NCBI GenBank assembly: GCA_036946185.1
Contig: JAQIJP010000018.1
Span: 6,349 to 70,348, forward strand
Direction: 5' to 3'
Origin: Aeromicrobium erythreum
GTDB taxonomy: Bacteria; Actinomycetota; Actinomycetes; Propionibacteriales; Nocardioidaceae
Length of the DNA stretch: 64,000 nt
The stretch's first letter is position 1. The number at the start of each line of letters is the position of its first letter. This document shows positions 17,844 to 29,961 of this stretch, piece after piece. Made by a program: the position numbers and the translations under genes. The notes beneath the pieces were generated by a model, which saw nothing but the letters and a program-made list of their open reading frames with translations, was not told where the DNA came from and did not search any database.

Positions 17844-19533
17844 CCGGCGCCTCAGAGCCTGGCAGCAGGAGGCGTTCGACCTCTACCGGAGCAAGCAGCC
17901 GCGGGACTTCCTCGCGGTGGCGACGCCCGGTGCCGGCAAGACCACCTTCGCCCTGACGATCGCCGCCGACCTCCTGGAGCGCGGCCTGGTCGAGCGGGTC
18001 GTCGTCGTGACCCCCACCGACCACCTCAAGACCCAGTGGGCGCTGGCCGCGTCCGGCCTCGGCATCAGCCTCGACCCCGCGCTGGGCGGCTCCGGCGTGC
18101 TCGGTCGCGAGTTCCGGGGGTTCTGCGTCACCTACGCAGGCCTCGGGGTCAACCCGAACGCCTACCGGGCCCGGATCGAGGCGCGCCGCACGCTCGTGAT
18201 CCTCGACGAGGTCCACCACGCCGGCGACGCGCTGTCGTGGGGCGAGGCGGTGCGTGAGGCGTGCGACCCCGCCGAGCGTCGGCTGGCGCTCACGGGCACG
18301 CCGTTCCGCTCCGACCAGAACCCGATCCCGTTCGTCACCTACGCGCCGCAGGACGACGGCACGAAGCAGAGCGTCGCCGACTACTCCTACGGCTACGGCC
18401 GGGCCCTGCGCGACGGCGTCGTGCGTCCGGTCCTGTTCATGGCGTACTCGGGCGAGATGCAGTGGCGCACGCGGGCGGGCGACGAGGTCGCGGCCCGGCT
18501 CGGCGAGCCCCTTACCAAGGACCAGACGGCGCAGGCGCTGCGGACCGCGCTCGACCCGCAGGGCTCGTGGATCCCGACCGTCCTGGCGGCGGCGCATCGT
18601 CGCCTCACCGAGGTGCGCCGCGACATCCCGGACGCCGGCGGGCTCGTCATCGCCACCGACCAGGACTCCGCGCGGGCCTACGGGGCGATCCTGCGCGACG
18701 TCACGGGCGTGGAACCGACCGTCGTGCTGTCCGACGAGACCGGCGCCAGCGCCCGGATCGCGGAGTTCTCGGCCAGCATGAGTCCCTGGCTCGTGGCTGT
18801 CCGCATGGTCAGCGAGGGCGTCGACATCCCGCGGCTCGCGGTCGGCGTCTACGCCACCACGACCTCCACGCCGCTGTTCTTCGCCCAGGCGATCGGCCGC
18901 TTCGTGCGCGCCCGCCGCCGGGGCGAGACCGCCTCGGTCTTCGTGCCCAGCGTGCCGGGGCTGCTGACCCTCGCGGGCGACCTCGAGGCCGTGCGCGACC
19001 ACGTCGTCGGTCGGCCGGTCAAGGACGAGGACGACCTGTTCGCCGCCGAGGCCGAGCTGCTGGCGCGGGCGCAGCAGTCGGAGTCCGCCTCGGCCGAGGA
19101 GCTCGGCAGCTACCAGGCGCTCGGCAGCGAGGCGGCGTTCGACCGCGTCGTGTACGACGGGGCCGACTTCGGCGGCGAGGACGTCGCCGAGGACGAGCTC
19201 GACTTCATCGGCATCCCGGGCCTGCTCGACCCCGACCAGGTGGCCGAGCTGCTGCGCGCGAACCGGTCGCGCAAGGCCAAGGGCGGTGGCAAGGCCGCCG
19301 CCGTCGACGAGCAGGCCGAGAAGGACGCGCTGTTCGAGCGCCGCTCGGACCTGCGGCGTGAGCTCAACGGGCTCGTCGGGGCCTGGCACCACCGCACCGG
19401 CCAGCCGCACGGCGTCACCCACGCCCAGCTGCGCAGCGCCTGCGGCGGACCGCCCGCGGCCCAGGCCACCGGCGACCAGCTGCAGCAGCGCATCGACCTG
19501 ATCCGCCGCTGGGCCCTGCGCGCCTCGGGCTGA
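17836..19533 (+). CDS. DEAD/DEAH-box (SF2) helicase
   Basis: LRAWQ, ATPGAGKT, DEVHH, LTGTP, VSEGVD, QAIGRFVR. Confidence 0.92.
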   Translation: MPSRRLRAWQQEAFDLYRSKQPRDFLAVATPGAGKTTFALTIAADLLERGLVERVVVVTPTDHLKTQWALAASGLGISLDPALGGSGVLGREFRGFCVTYAGLGVNPNAYRARIEARRTLVILDEVHHAGDALSWGEAVREACDPAERRLALTGTPFRSDQNPIPFVTYAPQDDGTKQSVADYSYGYGRALRDGVVRPVLFMAYSGEMQWRTRAGDEVAARLGEPLTKDQTAQALRTALDPQGSWIPTVLAAAHRRLTEVRRDIPDAGGLVIATDQDSARAYGAILRDVTGVEPTVVLSDETGASARIAEFSASMSPWLVAVRMVSEGVDIPRLAVGVYATTTSTPLFFAQAIGRFVRARRRGETASVFVPSVPGLLTLAGDLEAVRDHVVGRPVKDEDDLFAAEAELLARAQQSESASAEELGSYQALGSEAAFDRVVYDGADFGGEDVAEDELDFIGIPGLLDPDQVAELLRANRSRKAKGGGKAAAVDEQAEKDALFERRSDLRRELNGLVGAWHHRTGQPHGVTHAQLRSACGGPPAAQATGDQLQQRIDLIRRWALRASG

Positions 19534-19581
19534 GCGCCCACGCGCCGGGTCCGTCGGCGTGGCACCCGCGCGTCGCCTACC

Positions 19582-20541
19582 GTGGCGCTCGTGAGCCTCC
19601 CCCTGAGCACGCGGGTCTTCGGGATCCTCGAGCACGCGACGTCCCGCCCCGTCGAGCAGGAGACGGACTTCCCGCGCCGACGCTCGGCCCGGCTGGCCCT
19701 GCAGCGCTCGCCGGTGGGGCAGTGGCTGTTCGGGACGAGCGACCGCACGGTCCTGACCGACGTCCGGACGGTCGACGTCGACGGGCGGGCCTGCCGCATG
19801 ATCGTGCACCGGCCGATCGACGCCCAGGGGGCGCCGATCGTGCTCAACCTGCACGGCGGTGGCTGGGTCCAGGGCAACCCCGAGCAGTCGGCGTGGTTCG
19901 CGAGCCGCGTCGCCGCCCGCGCCGGCGTCGTCGTGGTGTCGCCGGACTACCGCCTCGCGCCGGAGCACCCCTTCCCGGCGGCCGTCGACGACACGTGGGC
20001 GCTGCTGCAGTGGGTCCACGCGCACGCCGAGGAGCTGCACGGCGACGCCGACCGGATCGCGGTCATGGGCGACAGCGCCGGCGGGGGACTGGCCGCGACG
20101 GTCGCGCTGCAGGCCCGCGACGCCGGGTCGCCGAGGATCGCCGCCCAGGTGCTGATCTACCCCGGCGTCGAGGCCTACGACCGCTGGCCCTCGGAGGACG
20201 AGTTCGCGGACGCTCCGGTCCTGACGTCGGCCAACATGCGCGCCTTCGTGCGGCTCTACCTCGGGGAGTCCTACGGGACGCGCGACTGGCGGGCCTCGCC
20301 GATCCGCGCGGCGTCGCACGCGGGGGTCGCGCCGGCGTTCGTCGTCGTCGCCGACCACGACCCGCTGCGCGACCACGGCCGCCGGTACGCCGAGACGCTG
20401 CGCCGGGCAGGGGTGCCGGCCACGCTGCGCGAGTACCCGGGCTGGCACGGCTTCATCAGCCTGCCCGGCGTCCACCCGGCGGCACGCGACGCCGTCCGCG
20501 ACGTCGCCGACTTCCTGACGACGACCTTCGGGCGAGGCTGA
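19582..20541 (+). CDS. Alpha/beta hydrolase (HSL-family esterase)
   Basis: HGGGW, DYRLAPEHPFP, GDSAGG, DPLRD, HGF. Confidence 0.92.
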   Translation: MALVSLPLSTRVFGILEHATSRPVEQETDFPRRRSARLALQRSPVGQWLFGTSDRTVLTDVRTVDVDGRACRMIVHRPIDAQGAPIVLNLHGGGWVQGNPEQSAWFASRVAARAGVVVVSPDYRLAPEHPFPAAVDDTWALLQWVHAHAEELHGDADRIAVMGDSAGGGLAATVALQARDAGSPRIAAQVLIYPGVEAYDRWPSEDEFADAPVLTSANMRAFVRLYLGESYGTRDWRASPIRAASHAGVAPAFVVVADHDPLRDHGRRYAETLRRAGVPATLREYPGWHGFISLPGVHPAARDAVRDVADFLTTTFGRG

Positions 20542-20572
20542 CAGCGCCGCTGTCACGGTAGGGTCGTCGGGC

Positions 20573-21457
20573 ATGAGGCTGCGTCCCCTGCCCCGCGACC
20601 ACTGGCAGCGCGAGATCGACCGGCTCGACCCCGAGACCGACTACGAGCAGATCGCCCGGATCCTCGGCACGCACGAGTTCCCCTGGGACGTCGAGCAGGC
20701 GCTGAGCTTCGCCCTGTTCCGCACCTACGCGATCCCGACGGTCGGTCGTCTGCTCGCCGCGACCGACGAGTTCACCGAGCGCACCCAGAAGCGCCACGAC
20801 GACACCGTGCTGGTGCTGGAGGCCGTGCTGGTCGGCGGCATGGAGTCGGCCGACGGGCGCGCCGCGGTCCGCCGGATGAACCAGATGCACGGCAGCTACG
20901 ACATCAGCAACGAGGACATGCTGTACGTCCTGTCGACGTTCGTCGTGATGCCGGTCCGCTGGATCGACCGCTACGGCTACCGGCCCCTGCGCGAGGCGGA
21001 GGTCGTCGCCCTGACGCGCTACTACCAGCGGCTCGGCCGGCTCATGGGGATCCGTGACGTGCCACCCGACTACGCAGCCTTCGAGCGGCTGCTCGACGAG
21101 GACGAGGCGCGGCGCTTCGCGTACGACCCGGGTGCCCGCGCCGTCGCCGACGCGACCCTCACGCTCTTCACCACCTTCTTCCCGCGCCCGCTGCGTCGGT
21201 TCATGCACCTCTTCGCGCGGGCCCTGATGGACGACCACCTGCTGCGCGCGTTCGGCTACGCGCGGCCGCCGGCCTGGTTCCGTGACCTGGCGCACCGGTC
21301 CCTCGCCCTGCGGGGACGGCTGGTGTCCCGGCTGCCGGCGAGGCGGCGCCCGTTCCGCGCCGCGTCGTCGCACCGGGTCCGCAGCTACCCGGGCGGGTTC
21401 CTGGTCGAGCACCTGGGCACGTTCCCCGACGAGGACCCGGGGCGTCGTGTCGCCTGA
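20573..21457 (+). CDS. MpaB/Lcp-like oxygenase family protein (DUF2236)
   Basis: ALFRTYAIP, QKRHDDT, RMNQMHGSYDISNEDMLYVLSTF. Confidence 0.85.
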   Translation: MRLRPLPRDHWQREIDRLDPETDYEQIARILGTHEFPWDVEQALSFALFRTYAIPTVGRLLAATDEFTERTQKRHDDTVLVLEAVLVGGMESADGRAAVRRMNQMHGSYDISNEDMLYVLSTFVVMPVRWIDRYGYRPLREAEVVALTRYYQRLGRLMGIRDVPPDYAAFERLLDEDEARRFAYDPGARAVADATLTLFTTFFPRPLRRFMHLFARALMDDHLLRAFGYARPPAWFRDLAHRSLALRGRLVSRLPARRRPFRAASSHRVRSYPGGFLVEHLGTFPDEDPGRRVA

Positions 21458-22073
21458 ATGGGTCGAGTGGTGGCACAAGCGGCGCTGGCACGGCCGCGGG
21501 CAGCGGCCGCTCGCCCGGCTGGCGCTCACGCGGGAGCTCGCCCGCCGTCGCGCCTACGCCCGCGGCCGCCTGCTCGGCGAGCCGTTGGAGATGCTCCGCG
21601 ACGGCCGGCTCGTGCTGGGCGAGCAGGTGATGCTGGAGCCCGACGTCTGGATCACCGGCTCGGGGCACGTGTCGATCGGTGCGGGCTCGATCCTGAACGT
21701 CGGCGTCATGGTGGCCGCCCTCGACCGGGTGTCGATCGGGTCGGGCTGCATGCTCGCGAACGGCTGCGTCGTCACGGACTCGGACCACGTCATCTCCGAC
21801 CCCGACCGTCCGGCCACGTGGCAGGGCTTCACCTCGCGCGGACCCACGACGATCGGTGACGACACGTGGCTCGGGGCGCACGTCGTCGTGACGAGCGGCG
21901 TCTCGATCGGCAACCGGTGCATCATCGGCGCGGGGGCCGTCGTGACCCACGACGTGCCGGACTGGTCGGTCGCCGTCGGCGTGCCGGCCCGGGTCGTGCG
22001 GAGCCTGCGCGCAGAGCCAGGGGGTGGGCCGGGGAGTGGGCCGGAAAGTGGGCCGGGTCACATTCACCCGTGA
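21447..22073 (+). CDS. Hexapeptide-repeat acyltransferase
   Basis: TIGDDTWLGAHVVVTSGVSIGNRCIIGAGAVVTHDVP...GVPARV. Confidence 0.88.
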   Translation: MSPEWVEWWHKRRWHGRGQRPLARLALTRELARRRAYARGRLLGEPLEMLRDGRLVLGEQVMLEPDVWITGSGHVSIGAGSILNVGVMVAALDRVSIGSGCMLANGCVVTDSDHVISDPDRPATWQGFTSRGPTTIGDDTWLGAHVVVTSGVSIGNRCIIGAGAVVTHDVPDWSVAVGVPARVVRSLRAEPGGGPGSGPESGPGHIHP

Positions 22074-22104
22074 CGTCCTGGACGTTCGTCCCGTTGTTCC
22101 CTCC

Positions 22105-24642
22105 GTGAGGAACCGTCGTCGTGAGACCTGGCCGATCGCGGCCGCCGTCGTGAGCATCGTCGTGTGCGGCGCTGCCTACCCCGCCTACGCGGACTGGGTG
22201 CGCAGCCTGCCCGCCGACGGCGCGACCACCGCGGCCCCGGCCGCCGATCCAGCCCTGGCGCAGCAGGCCGCGGACGACGGCCACGACCACAGCCACACCG
22301 ACCCGGCGACGAAGAACGCGCTCTCCCGCACGCCGGCGACCGCCGCCACGAAGGACCCGACGACCGCCGCCCAGGCCACGGCGTCGCGCGACGTCGTCGC
22401 GAAGCAGCGGGCCGAGAAGGACCCCACCCTCGTCCCGGCGGCCAAGCCCGCCGCCCGGACCGACGTGCCCGCGGACCGCTACGCCATGGCCGGGGGCTGC
22501 TACGCCCTGCAGGACCCCCGGAGCGGGCGCTGGGTGGCCCGCTCGGGCGCCGCGCTCGCCGCGACGGCCACGTCGCGCACCGGCGCCGCGCCGTTGCACT
22601 TCCAGGCGACCGACCTCGGCACCTACCTGCTCTACGGCGCCGACCGCTCGTTCGTGGCGGCCGGCAGCGGCAGCCAGGTCGCCGTCGTGTCGGCGCCGAG
22701 CGAGGCCGCGGAGTGGACGGTCCAGCGTGGCAGTCGGGGCTTCACCTTCGCCACCGGCAAGGGCGCGCTGTCCGCCGGTGCCGACGGGACCCTCGGCCAG
22801 GGCCCGGCGACGGCGTTCGCGCTGCGCCGCACCACCGGCTGCGCGGCCTACCCGGAGATCTCGACCAACGTGCGCGGCGGCCCGTTCGCCGGCACGAGCC
22901 GCTTCCAGGAGGTCCGCGGCTACCTCGACGCCCACACCCACGGCATGGCCTTCGAGTTCCTCGGCGGCAAGGTGCACTGCGGGCGGCCCTGGCACAAGTA
23001 CGGCGTCGAGCACGCGCTCCAGGACTGCGACGACCACAAGATCGCCAACGGCACCGGCGCGATCCTCGAGAACTTCATGCGCACCGGCGCCCCGGTCGGC
23101 ACGCACGACCCCGTCGGCTGGCCGACCTTCAAGGACTGGCCGGCCCCGGACTCGCTCACCCACGAGGGCACGTACTACAAGTGGCTGGAGCGCTCGTGGC
23201 GCGGCGGTCAGCGGATCCTGGTCAACCTGCTCGTCGAGAACAACCAGCTCTGCAACGTCTACCCGCTCAAGAAGAACTCCTGCGACGACATGACGTCGAT
23301 CCGGCTGCAGGCCAAGGACATGCGCGAGCTCGAGCGGTACATCGACGCGCAGAACGGTGGTCCCGGCAAGGGCTGGTACCGGATCGTGACGAGCCCGTGG
23401 CAGGCGCGCCAGGTCATCAACCAGGGCAAGCTCGCCGTCGTCATGGGCGTCGAGACCAGCGTGCTGTTCGGCTGCTCGAGCAAGCTCGGCCGGCCCACGT
23501 GCACGACCGCCGACATCGACCGCCAGCTCGACGAGCTGCACACGATGGGCGTGCGGCAGATGGAGCTCGTCAACAAGTTCGACAACGGTCTGGCGGGCGT
23601 CGCCGGCGACAGCGGCGCGATCGCCCCGCTCGTCAACGCGGCCAACTTCCTCGAGACCGGCAGCTTCTGGGACATGCGCGCGTGCGCCGGCACCGACGGG
23701 GTCAGCGACCGCACGCAGCTCACCGCGGTCCCGAGCCAGGTGCCGTCGCAGACGCAGGACGCCCTCTTCGGCGGCATCGCCAAGCTGTCGCTGCCGATCA
23801 GCCTGCCGATCTACCCGTCCGGCCCGACGTGCAACGCGCGCGGCCTGACGTCGCTCGGCGACCACACCATCACCCAGATGGCGAAGCGGAAGATGATCTT
23901 CGACCCGGACCACATGAGCGTCGCGGCCCGGAAGTCGTCGCTCGACCTCACCGAGCGGCTGAAGTACCCCGGCGTCGTGTCGAGCCACTCGTGGTCGACG
24001 CCGGACGCCTACCCGCGGATCTACCGCGCCGGCGGCGTCATCACGCCCTACGCGGGCGACAGCGCCGGCTTCGTCGCGAAGTGGCGCGAGCACCTGCGCT
24101 GGGCGGACCCGCGGTACTACTTCGGCTTCGGCTACGGGGCCGACATCAACGGCCTCGGCGCGCAGGGCAACCCGCGCGGCGCCGACGCGAAGAACCCGGT
24201 GACGTACCCGTTCAGGGGCCTCGGCGGCGTCACGATCGACAAGAACACGAGCGGCAGCCGCACGTACGACATCAACACCGACGGCGTCTCGCACTACGGC
24301 CTCTACCCGGACTGGGTCGAGGACCTGCGCCGTCAGGGTGGCAACGCGATCGCCGAGGACATGGCGCGCGGCGCGGAGGCCTACCTGCAGATGTGGGAGC
24401 GTGCCGAGGGCGCGCGGACCGACGCGTGCCGGGACCGGACGGTGCGGCGCAGCGACGCCTCGCTGCGCTCGATCGCCCGGCGCGGGACGAGCGTGAAGGA
24501 CGTCCTGCTGCGGGCCGGCCAGCCGCACACCCGCCTGGGACGGACGTTCGGGTACTGCGCCTGGAAGGGCTCGTCGCGGACGGCGTCGCGGACCGTGACG
24601 GTCACGTTCACGTCGTCGGGCCGGGTGGCGTCGGTGCGCTGA
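22105..24642 (+). CDS. Secreted multidomain metallo-amidohydrolase (membrane dipeptidase-like fold; possibly ceramide N-deacylase-like); start uncertain
   Basis: Signal-like N-terminus, HDHSH segment, beta-rich domain, then DAHTHG, MGVE, DPDHMS, SSHS, GADING. Confidence 0.7.
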   Translation: MRNRRRETWPIAAAVVSIVVCGAAYPAYADWVRSLPADGATTAAPAADPALAQQAADDGHDHSHTDPATKNALSRTPATAATKDPTTAAQATASRDVVAKQRAEKDPTLVPAAKPAARTDVPADRYAMAGGCYALQDPRSGRWVARSGAALAATATSRTGAAPLHFQATDLGTYLLYGADRSFVAAGSGSQVAVVSAPSEAAEWTVQRGSRGFTFATGKGALSAGADGTLGQGPATAFALRRTTGCAAYPEISTNVRGGPFAGTSRFQEVRGYLDAHTHGMAFEFLGGKVHCGRPWHKYGVEHALQDCDDHKIANGTGAILENFMRTGAPVGTHDPVGWPTFKDWPAPDSLTHEGTYYKWLERSWRGGQRILVNLLVENNQLCNVYPLKKNSCDDMTSIRLQAKDMRELERYIDAQNGGPGKGWYRIVTSPWQARQVINQGKLAVVMGVETSVLFGCSSKLGRPTCTTADIDRQLDELHTMGVRQMELVNKFDNGLAGVAGDSGAIAPLVNAANFLETGSFWDMRACAGTDGVSDRTQLTAVPSQVPSQTQDALFGGIAKLSLPISLPIYPSGPTCNARGLTSLGDHTITQMAKRKMIFDPDHMSVAARKSSLDLTERLKYPGVVSSHSWSTPDAYPRIYRAGGVITPYAGDSAGFVAKWREHLRWADPRYYFGFGYGADINGLGAQGNPRGADAKNPVTYPFRGLGGVTIDKNTSGSRTYDINTDGVSHYGLYPDWVEDLRRQGGNAIAEDMARGAEAYLQMWERAEGARTDACRDRTVRRSDASLRSIARRGTSVKDVLLRAGQPHTRLGRTFGYCAWKGSSRTASRTVTVTFTSSGRVASVR

Positions 24643-24720
24643 GACAGGTCCGGGACACCGCCGGCGGCTCGAACCTGTTCACCGGGGAAGCATCCGGGCC
24701 GCCGCGTCGTTGAGCAGGAC

Positions 24721-25761
24721 ATGCGTCTGTCCGTGCTCGACCTCGTCCCGATCCGCACCGACCAGACGACGGCGGACGCGGTGGCGGCCAGCGTGGGTCT
24801 CGCGCGGACGGCCGACCGGCTCGGGTTCACCCGGCTGTGGGTCGCCGAGCACCACAACATGCCGTCGGTCGCGGCGACGAGCCCGCCGGTGCTCGTGGCC
24901 CACCTCGCGGCGGCCACCGAGCGCATCCGCGTCGGGTCGGGCGGCGTCATGCTGCCGAACCACGCGCCGCTCGCGGTGGCCGAGCAGTTCGCGCTGCTCG
25001 AGGCCGCGCACCCGGGCCGGATCGACCTGGGCCTCGGTCGGGCGCCGGGCTCGGACCCCGTCACGTCGATGGCGCTGCGCGGCGCGGCCGGCCGCGACGA
25101 CACCGACGTCCAGAACTTCCCGCAGTACCTCGACGACGTCGTCGCGCTGATGGGCCGCGACGGCGTGCGCGTGCCGATCCCACGTCAGCACTACGTCCTC
25201 AAGGCGACGCCGCACGCGGCGAGCGAGCCAGCCGTGTGGCTGCTCGGCTCGTCCATGTACTCGGCGCAGCTCGCGGCCGCGAAGGGCCTGCCGTACGTGT
25301 TCGCGCACCACTTCGCCGGACGGGGCACCGCGGAGGCGCTCGCGCACTACCGCGCGAACTTCGTGCCGAGCGACCTCGCGAGCGAGCCCGTCACGCTGCT
25401 GACCGTCAACGCCGTCGTCGCGGAGGACCACGACGAGGCCCTCGCGCTCGCCCTGCCCAACCTGCAGAGCATGGCGCGGCTGCGCACCGGACTCCCGCTG
25501 TCGGCGCTCGACCTCGTCGAGGACGCCGAGAAGGCCGAGCTTCCCGACGCCGCCCGGGCGATGGTCGACGCGGGCCTGGCCCGGCCGGCGATCGGCACCC
25601 CGGCCGAGGCGGCCGCACAGGTCCGCGAGCTGGCCGAGACGTTCGGCGTCGACGAGGTCATGCTGCACCCCGTCGCGTCGGCCCGGCAGGGCGTCGACCC
25701 GCGCACCTCGCCCGCCCGCGAGCGCACCCTCGAGCTGCTCGCCGCCGAGCTCCTCGACTGA
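24721..25761 (+). CDS. LLM class flavin-dependent oxidoreductase (luciferase-like)
   Basis: WVAEHHN, GSGGVMLPNHAP, GRIDLGLGRAPG. Confidence 0.92.
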   Translation: MRLSVLDLVPIRTDQTTADAVAASVGLARTADRLGFTRLWVAEHHNMPSVAATSPPVLVAHLAAATERIRVGSGGVMLPNHAPLAVAEQFALLEAAHPGRIDLGLGRAPGSDPVTSMALRGAAGRDDTDVQNFPQYLDDVVALMGRDGVRVPIPRQHYVLKATPHAASEPAVWLLGSSMYSAQLAAAKGLPYVFAHHFAGRGTAEALAHYRANFVPSDLASEPVTLLTVNAVVAEDHDEALALALPNLQSMARLRTGLPLSALDLVEDAEKAELPDAARAMVDAGLARPAIGTPAEAAAQVRELAETFGVDEVMLHPVASARQGVDPRTSPARERTLELLAAELLD

Positions 25762-25785
25762 CCCACCCCCTCCGGGTCCCCTCCC

Positions 25786-25848
25786 CGCTGGGAGTGACGT
25801 TCTGACGTCGACACGCCGGCGTGTCGCGTCGAAACGTCACTCCCAGCG
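25786..25848. repeat. Intergenic long palindrome between convergent genes
   Basis: CGCTGGGAGTGACGTT ... CGACACGCCGGCGTGTCG ... AACGTCACTCCCAGCG. Confidence 0.8.
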
Positions 25849-25875
25849 AGGAGCGGGCCCACGGATCGGGGCGGG

Positions 25876-27165
25876 TCAGACGTACTGGGTCGGCAGGACC
25901 GGGTCGCCCTTGGTGAGCCGGTGGGCGGCGGCGGGCAGCTCGGCCTTGGCGGCGGCGTGGTGGGCGCGGGCCTGCGCGAGGTCGACCTCGTGGACCCGGC
26001 GCCCCTGCTGCACGAGCGGCACGAGCAGGGACCGGTCGTCGCCGTCGCTGTCGGGCGGCGCGCCGATCCCGATGACCTCGGCCGTGGCGGTGCCGTCGGG
26101 GGAGCGGCGCCGCAGCGCGTGCTTGCGACCCCCGACCGACTGCTTGTCGGCGCTCTTCTTGGCGACCGGCACGAGCTCGCCCGCGTCGTCCGCGCGCGCG
26201 ACGAGCTTGTAGACGAACCCGCAGGTCGGGCTCCCTGACCCCGTCACGAGCGCGGTCCCGACGCCGTAGCCGTCGACCGGGGCGGCGGCGAGCCGCGCGA
26301 TCGCGTGCTCGTCGAGGTCCGACGTCACGATGATGCGGGTGTCGTGCGCCCCCAGCGCGTCGAGCTGCTCGCGGACCTGTCGCGCGAGCAGGGGCAGGTC
26401 GCCGGAGTCGAGCCGGACCGCGCCGAGACCCGGCCCCGCGACCTCGACCCCGACCCGGACGGCCTCGGTGACGTCGTAGGTGTCGACGAGCAGCGTCGTC
26501 CCGGCGCCCAGCGACGCGACCTGGGCCGTGAAGGCGTCGCGCTCGGTGTCGTGCAGCAGCGTGAAGGCGTGCGCGCTGGTGCCCGTCGTCGGGACGCCGT
26601 GGGTGCGCCCGGCCTCCAGGTTCGACGTCGCCGCGAACCCCACGAGGTACGCCGCCCGCGCCGCCGCGACGGCCGAGCGCTCCTGGGTGCGCCGTGAGCC
26701 CATCTCGATGCAGGGACGCTCGCCGGCCGCGGTGATCATCCGCGCGCCGGCCGTCGCGATGGCCGCGTCGTGGTTGAGGATCGACAGCAGCAGCGTCTCG
26801 AGCACGACCCCCTCCGCGAAGGTCGACTCGACGACCAGCACCGGGGAGCCCGGGAAGTAGAGCTCGCCCTCCGCGTAGCCCCACACGTCGCCGGAGAAGC
26901 GGTAGTCCGCGAGCCAGTCGGCGGTCGGGCCGTCGACGACGTCGTGCTCGCGCAGCCACGCCAGCTCCTCGTCGCCGAACCGGAACTGCTCGATCGCGTC
27001 GAGCACGCGCCCCGTGCCGGCGACGACCCCGTACCGGCGTCCGCCGGGCAGCCGCCGGGCGAACAGCTCGAACACCGACGACCGGTGCGCCGTCCCGTCG
27101 GCGAGTGCCGCCTGCAGCATCGTGAGCTCGTAGTGGTCGGTCAGCAGCGCCGTCGAGTCCGCCAT
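25876..27165 (-). CDS. pncB: Nicotinate phosphoribosyltransferase
   Basis: [37 protein letters not shown]. Confidence 0.95.
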   Translation of the reverse strand: MADSTALLTDHYELTMLQAALADGTAHRSSVFELFARRLPGGRRYGVVAGTGRVLDAIEQFRFGDEELAWLREHDVVDGPTADWLADYRFSGDVWGYAEGELYFPGSPVLVVESTFAEGVVLETLLLSILNHDAAIATAGARMITAAGERPCIEMGSRRTQERSAVAAARAAYLVGFAATSNLEAGRTHGVPTTGTSAHAFTLLHDTERDAFTAQVASLGAGTTLLVDTYDVTEAVRVGVEVAGPGLGAVRLDSGDLPLLARQVREQLDALGAHDTRIIVTSDLDEHAIARLAAAPVDGYGVGTALVTGSGSPTCGFVYKLVARADDAGELVPVAKKSADKQSVGGRKHALRRRSPDGTATAEVIGIGAPPDSDGDDRSLLVPLVQQGRRVHEVDLAQARAHHAAAKAELPAAAHRLTKGDPVLPTQYV

Positions 27166-27243
27166 GGCGACAGCGTAGGGCCGCGCGCCCGGGACCTCGA
27201 CCGCGCGGTTTTCCGGCCCGGCGGCGTGAGCCACAATGGACGG

Positions 27244-27540
27244 GTGACCGCGCCCGCCCCGATCGAGCTCGACCAGCCGGACACGTCCGGCCTCACGCAG
27301 CTCGAGGACCCGTGGGTGACGATCGTGTGGAACGACCCGGTCAACCTGATGTCGTACGTCGCGTACGTGTTCCGCAACTACTTCGGCTACACCGAGGAGA
27401 AGGCGAACGAGCTGATGCTGGCCGTCCACCACGAGGGCAAGGCGGTCGTCTCCAGCGGCAGCCGCGAGCAGATGGAGCGTCACGTGCAGGCCATGCACGA
27501 GTACGGCCTCTGGGCGACCGTGCAGCAGGCGGACGCGTGA
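27244..27540 (+). CDS. clpS: Clp protease adaptor ClpS
   Basis: [27 protein letters not shown]. Confidence 0.95.
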   Translation: MTAPAPIELDQPDTSGLTQLEDPWVTIVWNDPVNLMSYVAYVFRNYFGYTEEKANELMLAVHHEGKAVVSSGSREQMERHVQAMHEYGLWATVQQADA

Positions 27541-28112
27541 AGCCGTTCCGTCGACGCCGCCGTGGCGGCCTGTGTGCCACGTTCGAGCCCGGCGAGGCCC
27601 AGGTCCTCGCGAGCCTGACCGGCCAGGTCGTCGAGCTCCTGCACGACCGCGGCGGCACGGAGGAGTCGAGCCCGGACCCGCTCGCGATGGAGCTCGGGCT
27701 CGGCGGACCCACCCAGCCGCCCGAGGACCCCGTCCTGCAGCGGCTGCTGCCCGACGCCTACCGCGACGACCCCGAGGACTCCGCCGAGTTCCGCAAGTTC
27801 ACCGAGCGCTCGCTGCTGTCGGCCAAGGTCGCGAACGCCGAGACCCTGCTCACGAGCCTCGCCGAGGCCGGGTTCAGCCCCGACGGTGACGGCGAGTCGG
27901 TCGTCGAGGTCGAGCTCGACCCGGGCCAGGTCCAGGCCTGGCTGCGGTCCCTGACCGACGTCCGGCTCGCGCTGGCCGTCCGCCTCGGCATCGAGACCGA
28001 CGAGGACTCGCTGCTCGTCCACGAGTCCGAGGACGAGGCCGTCGCGGCGATGGCCGACGTGTACGACTGGCTCGGCTACGTGCAGGAGTCGCTCGTCCTC
28101 GCCCTCGAGTGA
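27537..28112 (+). CDS. DUF2017 family protein
   Basis: [33 protein letters not shown]; conserved position after clpS. Confidence 0.88.
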   Translation: MKPFRRRRRGGLCATFEPGEAQVLASLTGQVVELLHDRGGTEESSPDPLAMELGLGGPTQPPEDPVLQRLLPDAYRDDPEDSAEFRKFTERSLLSAKVANAETLLTSLAEAGFSPDGDGESVVEVELDPGQVQAWLRSLTDVRLALAVRLGIETDEDSLLVHESEDEAVAAMADVYDWLGYVQESLVLALE

Positions 28113-28180
28113 GCCGTCGGCCGTCTCACGCCCCGACACCGGACGGGCGGGCGACCGGCACGCCGATAAACTCGGGCACC

Positions 28181-28639
28181 GTGCTGACCATCGAGCGGGC
28201 GATCCACGACGCGATCGTCGAGCACGCCCGTCGCGACCACCCCGACGAGGCGTGCGGCGTCGTCGCCGGGCCCTTCGGCAGCGACCGGCCCGAGCGCCAC
28301 GTCCCGATGCTCAACGCGGCGATGTCGCCGACGTTCTACGAGTTCGACTCCGGCGACCTGCTGCGGCTCTACCGCGAGATGGACGACCGCGACGAGGAGC
28401 CCGTCGTCATCTACCACTCGCACACCGCGACCGAGGCCTACCCGTCCCGCACCGACGTGTCCCTGGCCCAGGAGCCCAACGCCCACTACGTCCTGGTGTC
28501 CACGCGCGACGGCGCCCACGAGTCCGGCCCCGTCGACTTCCGGTCCTTCCGGATCGTCGACGGCGAGGTCACCGAGGAAGAAGTCACCGTCGTCGAGCGT
28601 TACGACGATGTCGCTCCCGACGAGAGAAGGAACGCCTGA
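28181..28639 (+). CDS. mec: CysO-cysteine peptidase (JAB/M67 metallopeptidase)
   Basis: HPDEACG, IYHSHTATEAYPSRTD. Confidence 0.92.
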   Translation: MLTIERAIHDAIVEHARRDHPDEACGVVAGPFGSDRPERHVPMLNAAMSPTFYEFDSGDLLRLYREMDDRDEEPVVIYHSHTATEAYPSRTDVSLAQEPNAHYVLVSTRDGAHESGPVDFRSFRIVDGEVTEEEVTVVERYDDVAPDERRNA

Positions 28640-29899
<1,260 letters not shown>

Positions 29900-29961
29900 G
29901 CGGGCGTCCGCCCCTCGGCGAAGGGTTCCCGCCGTCGGGGCCGCTCGGCTAGCCTCGCCTC

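Noticed and set aside
22024-22056. GTGGGCCGG three times at a 12-bp period (G-quadruplex-like)
   Set aside because: It is short, encodes a low-complexity GPxS tail, and is unremarkable at this GC content.
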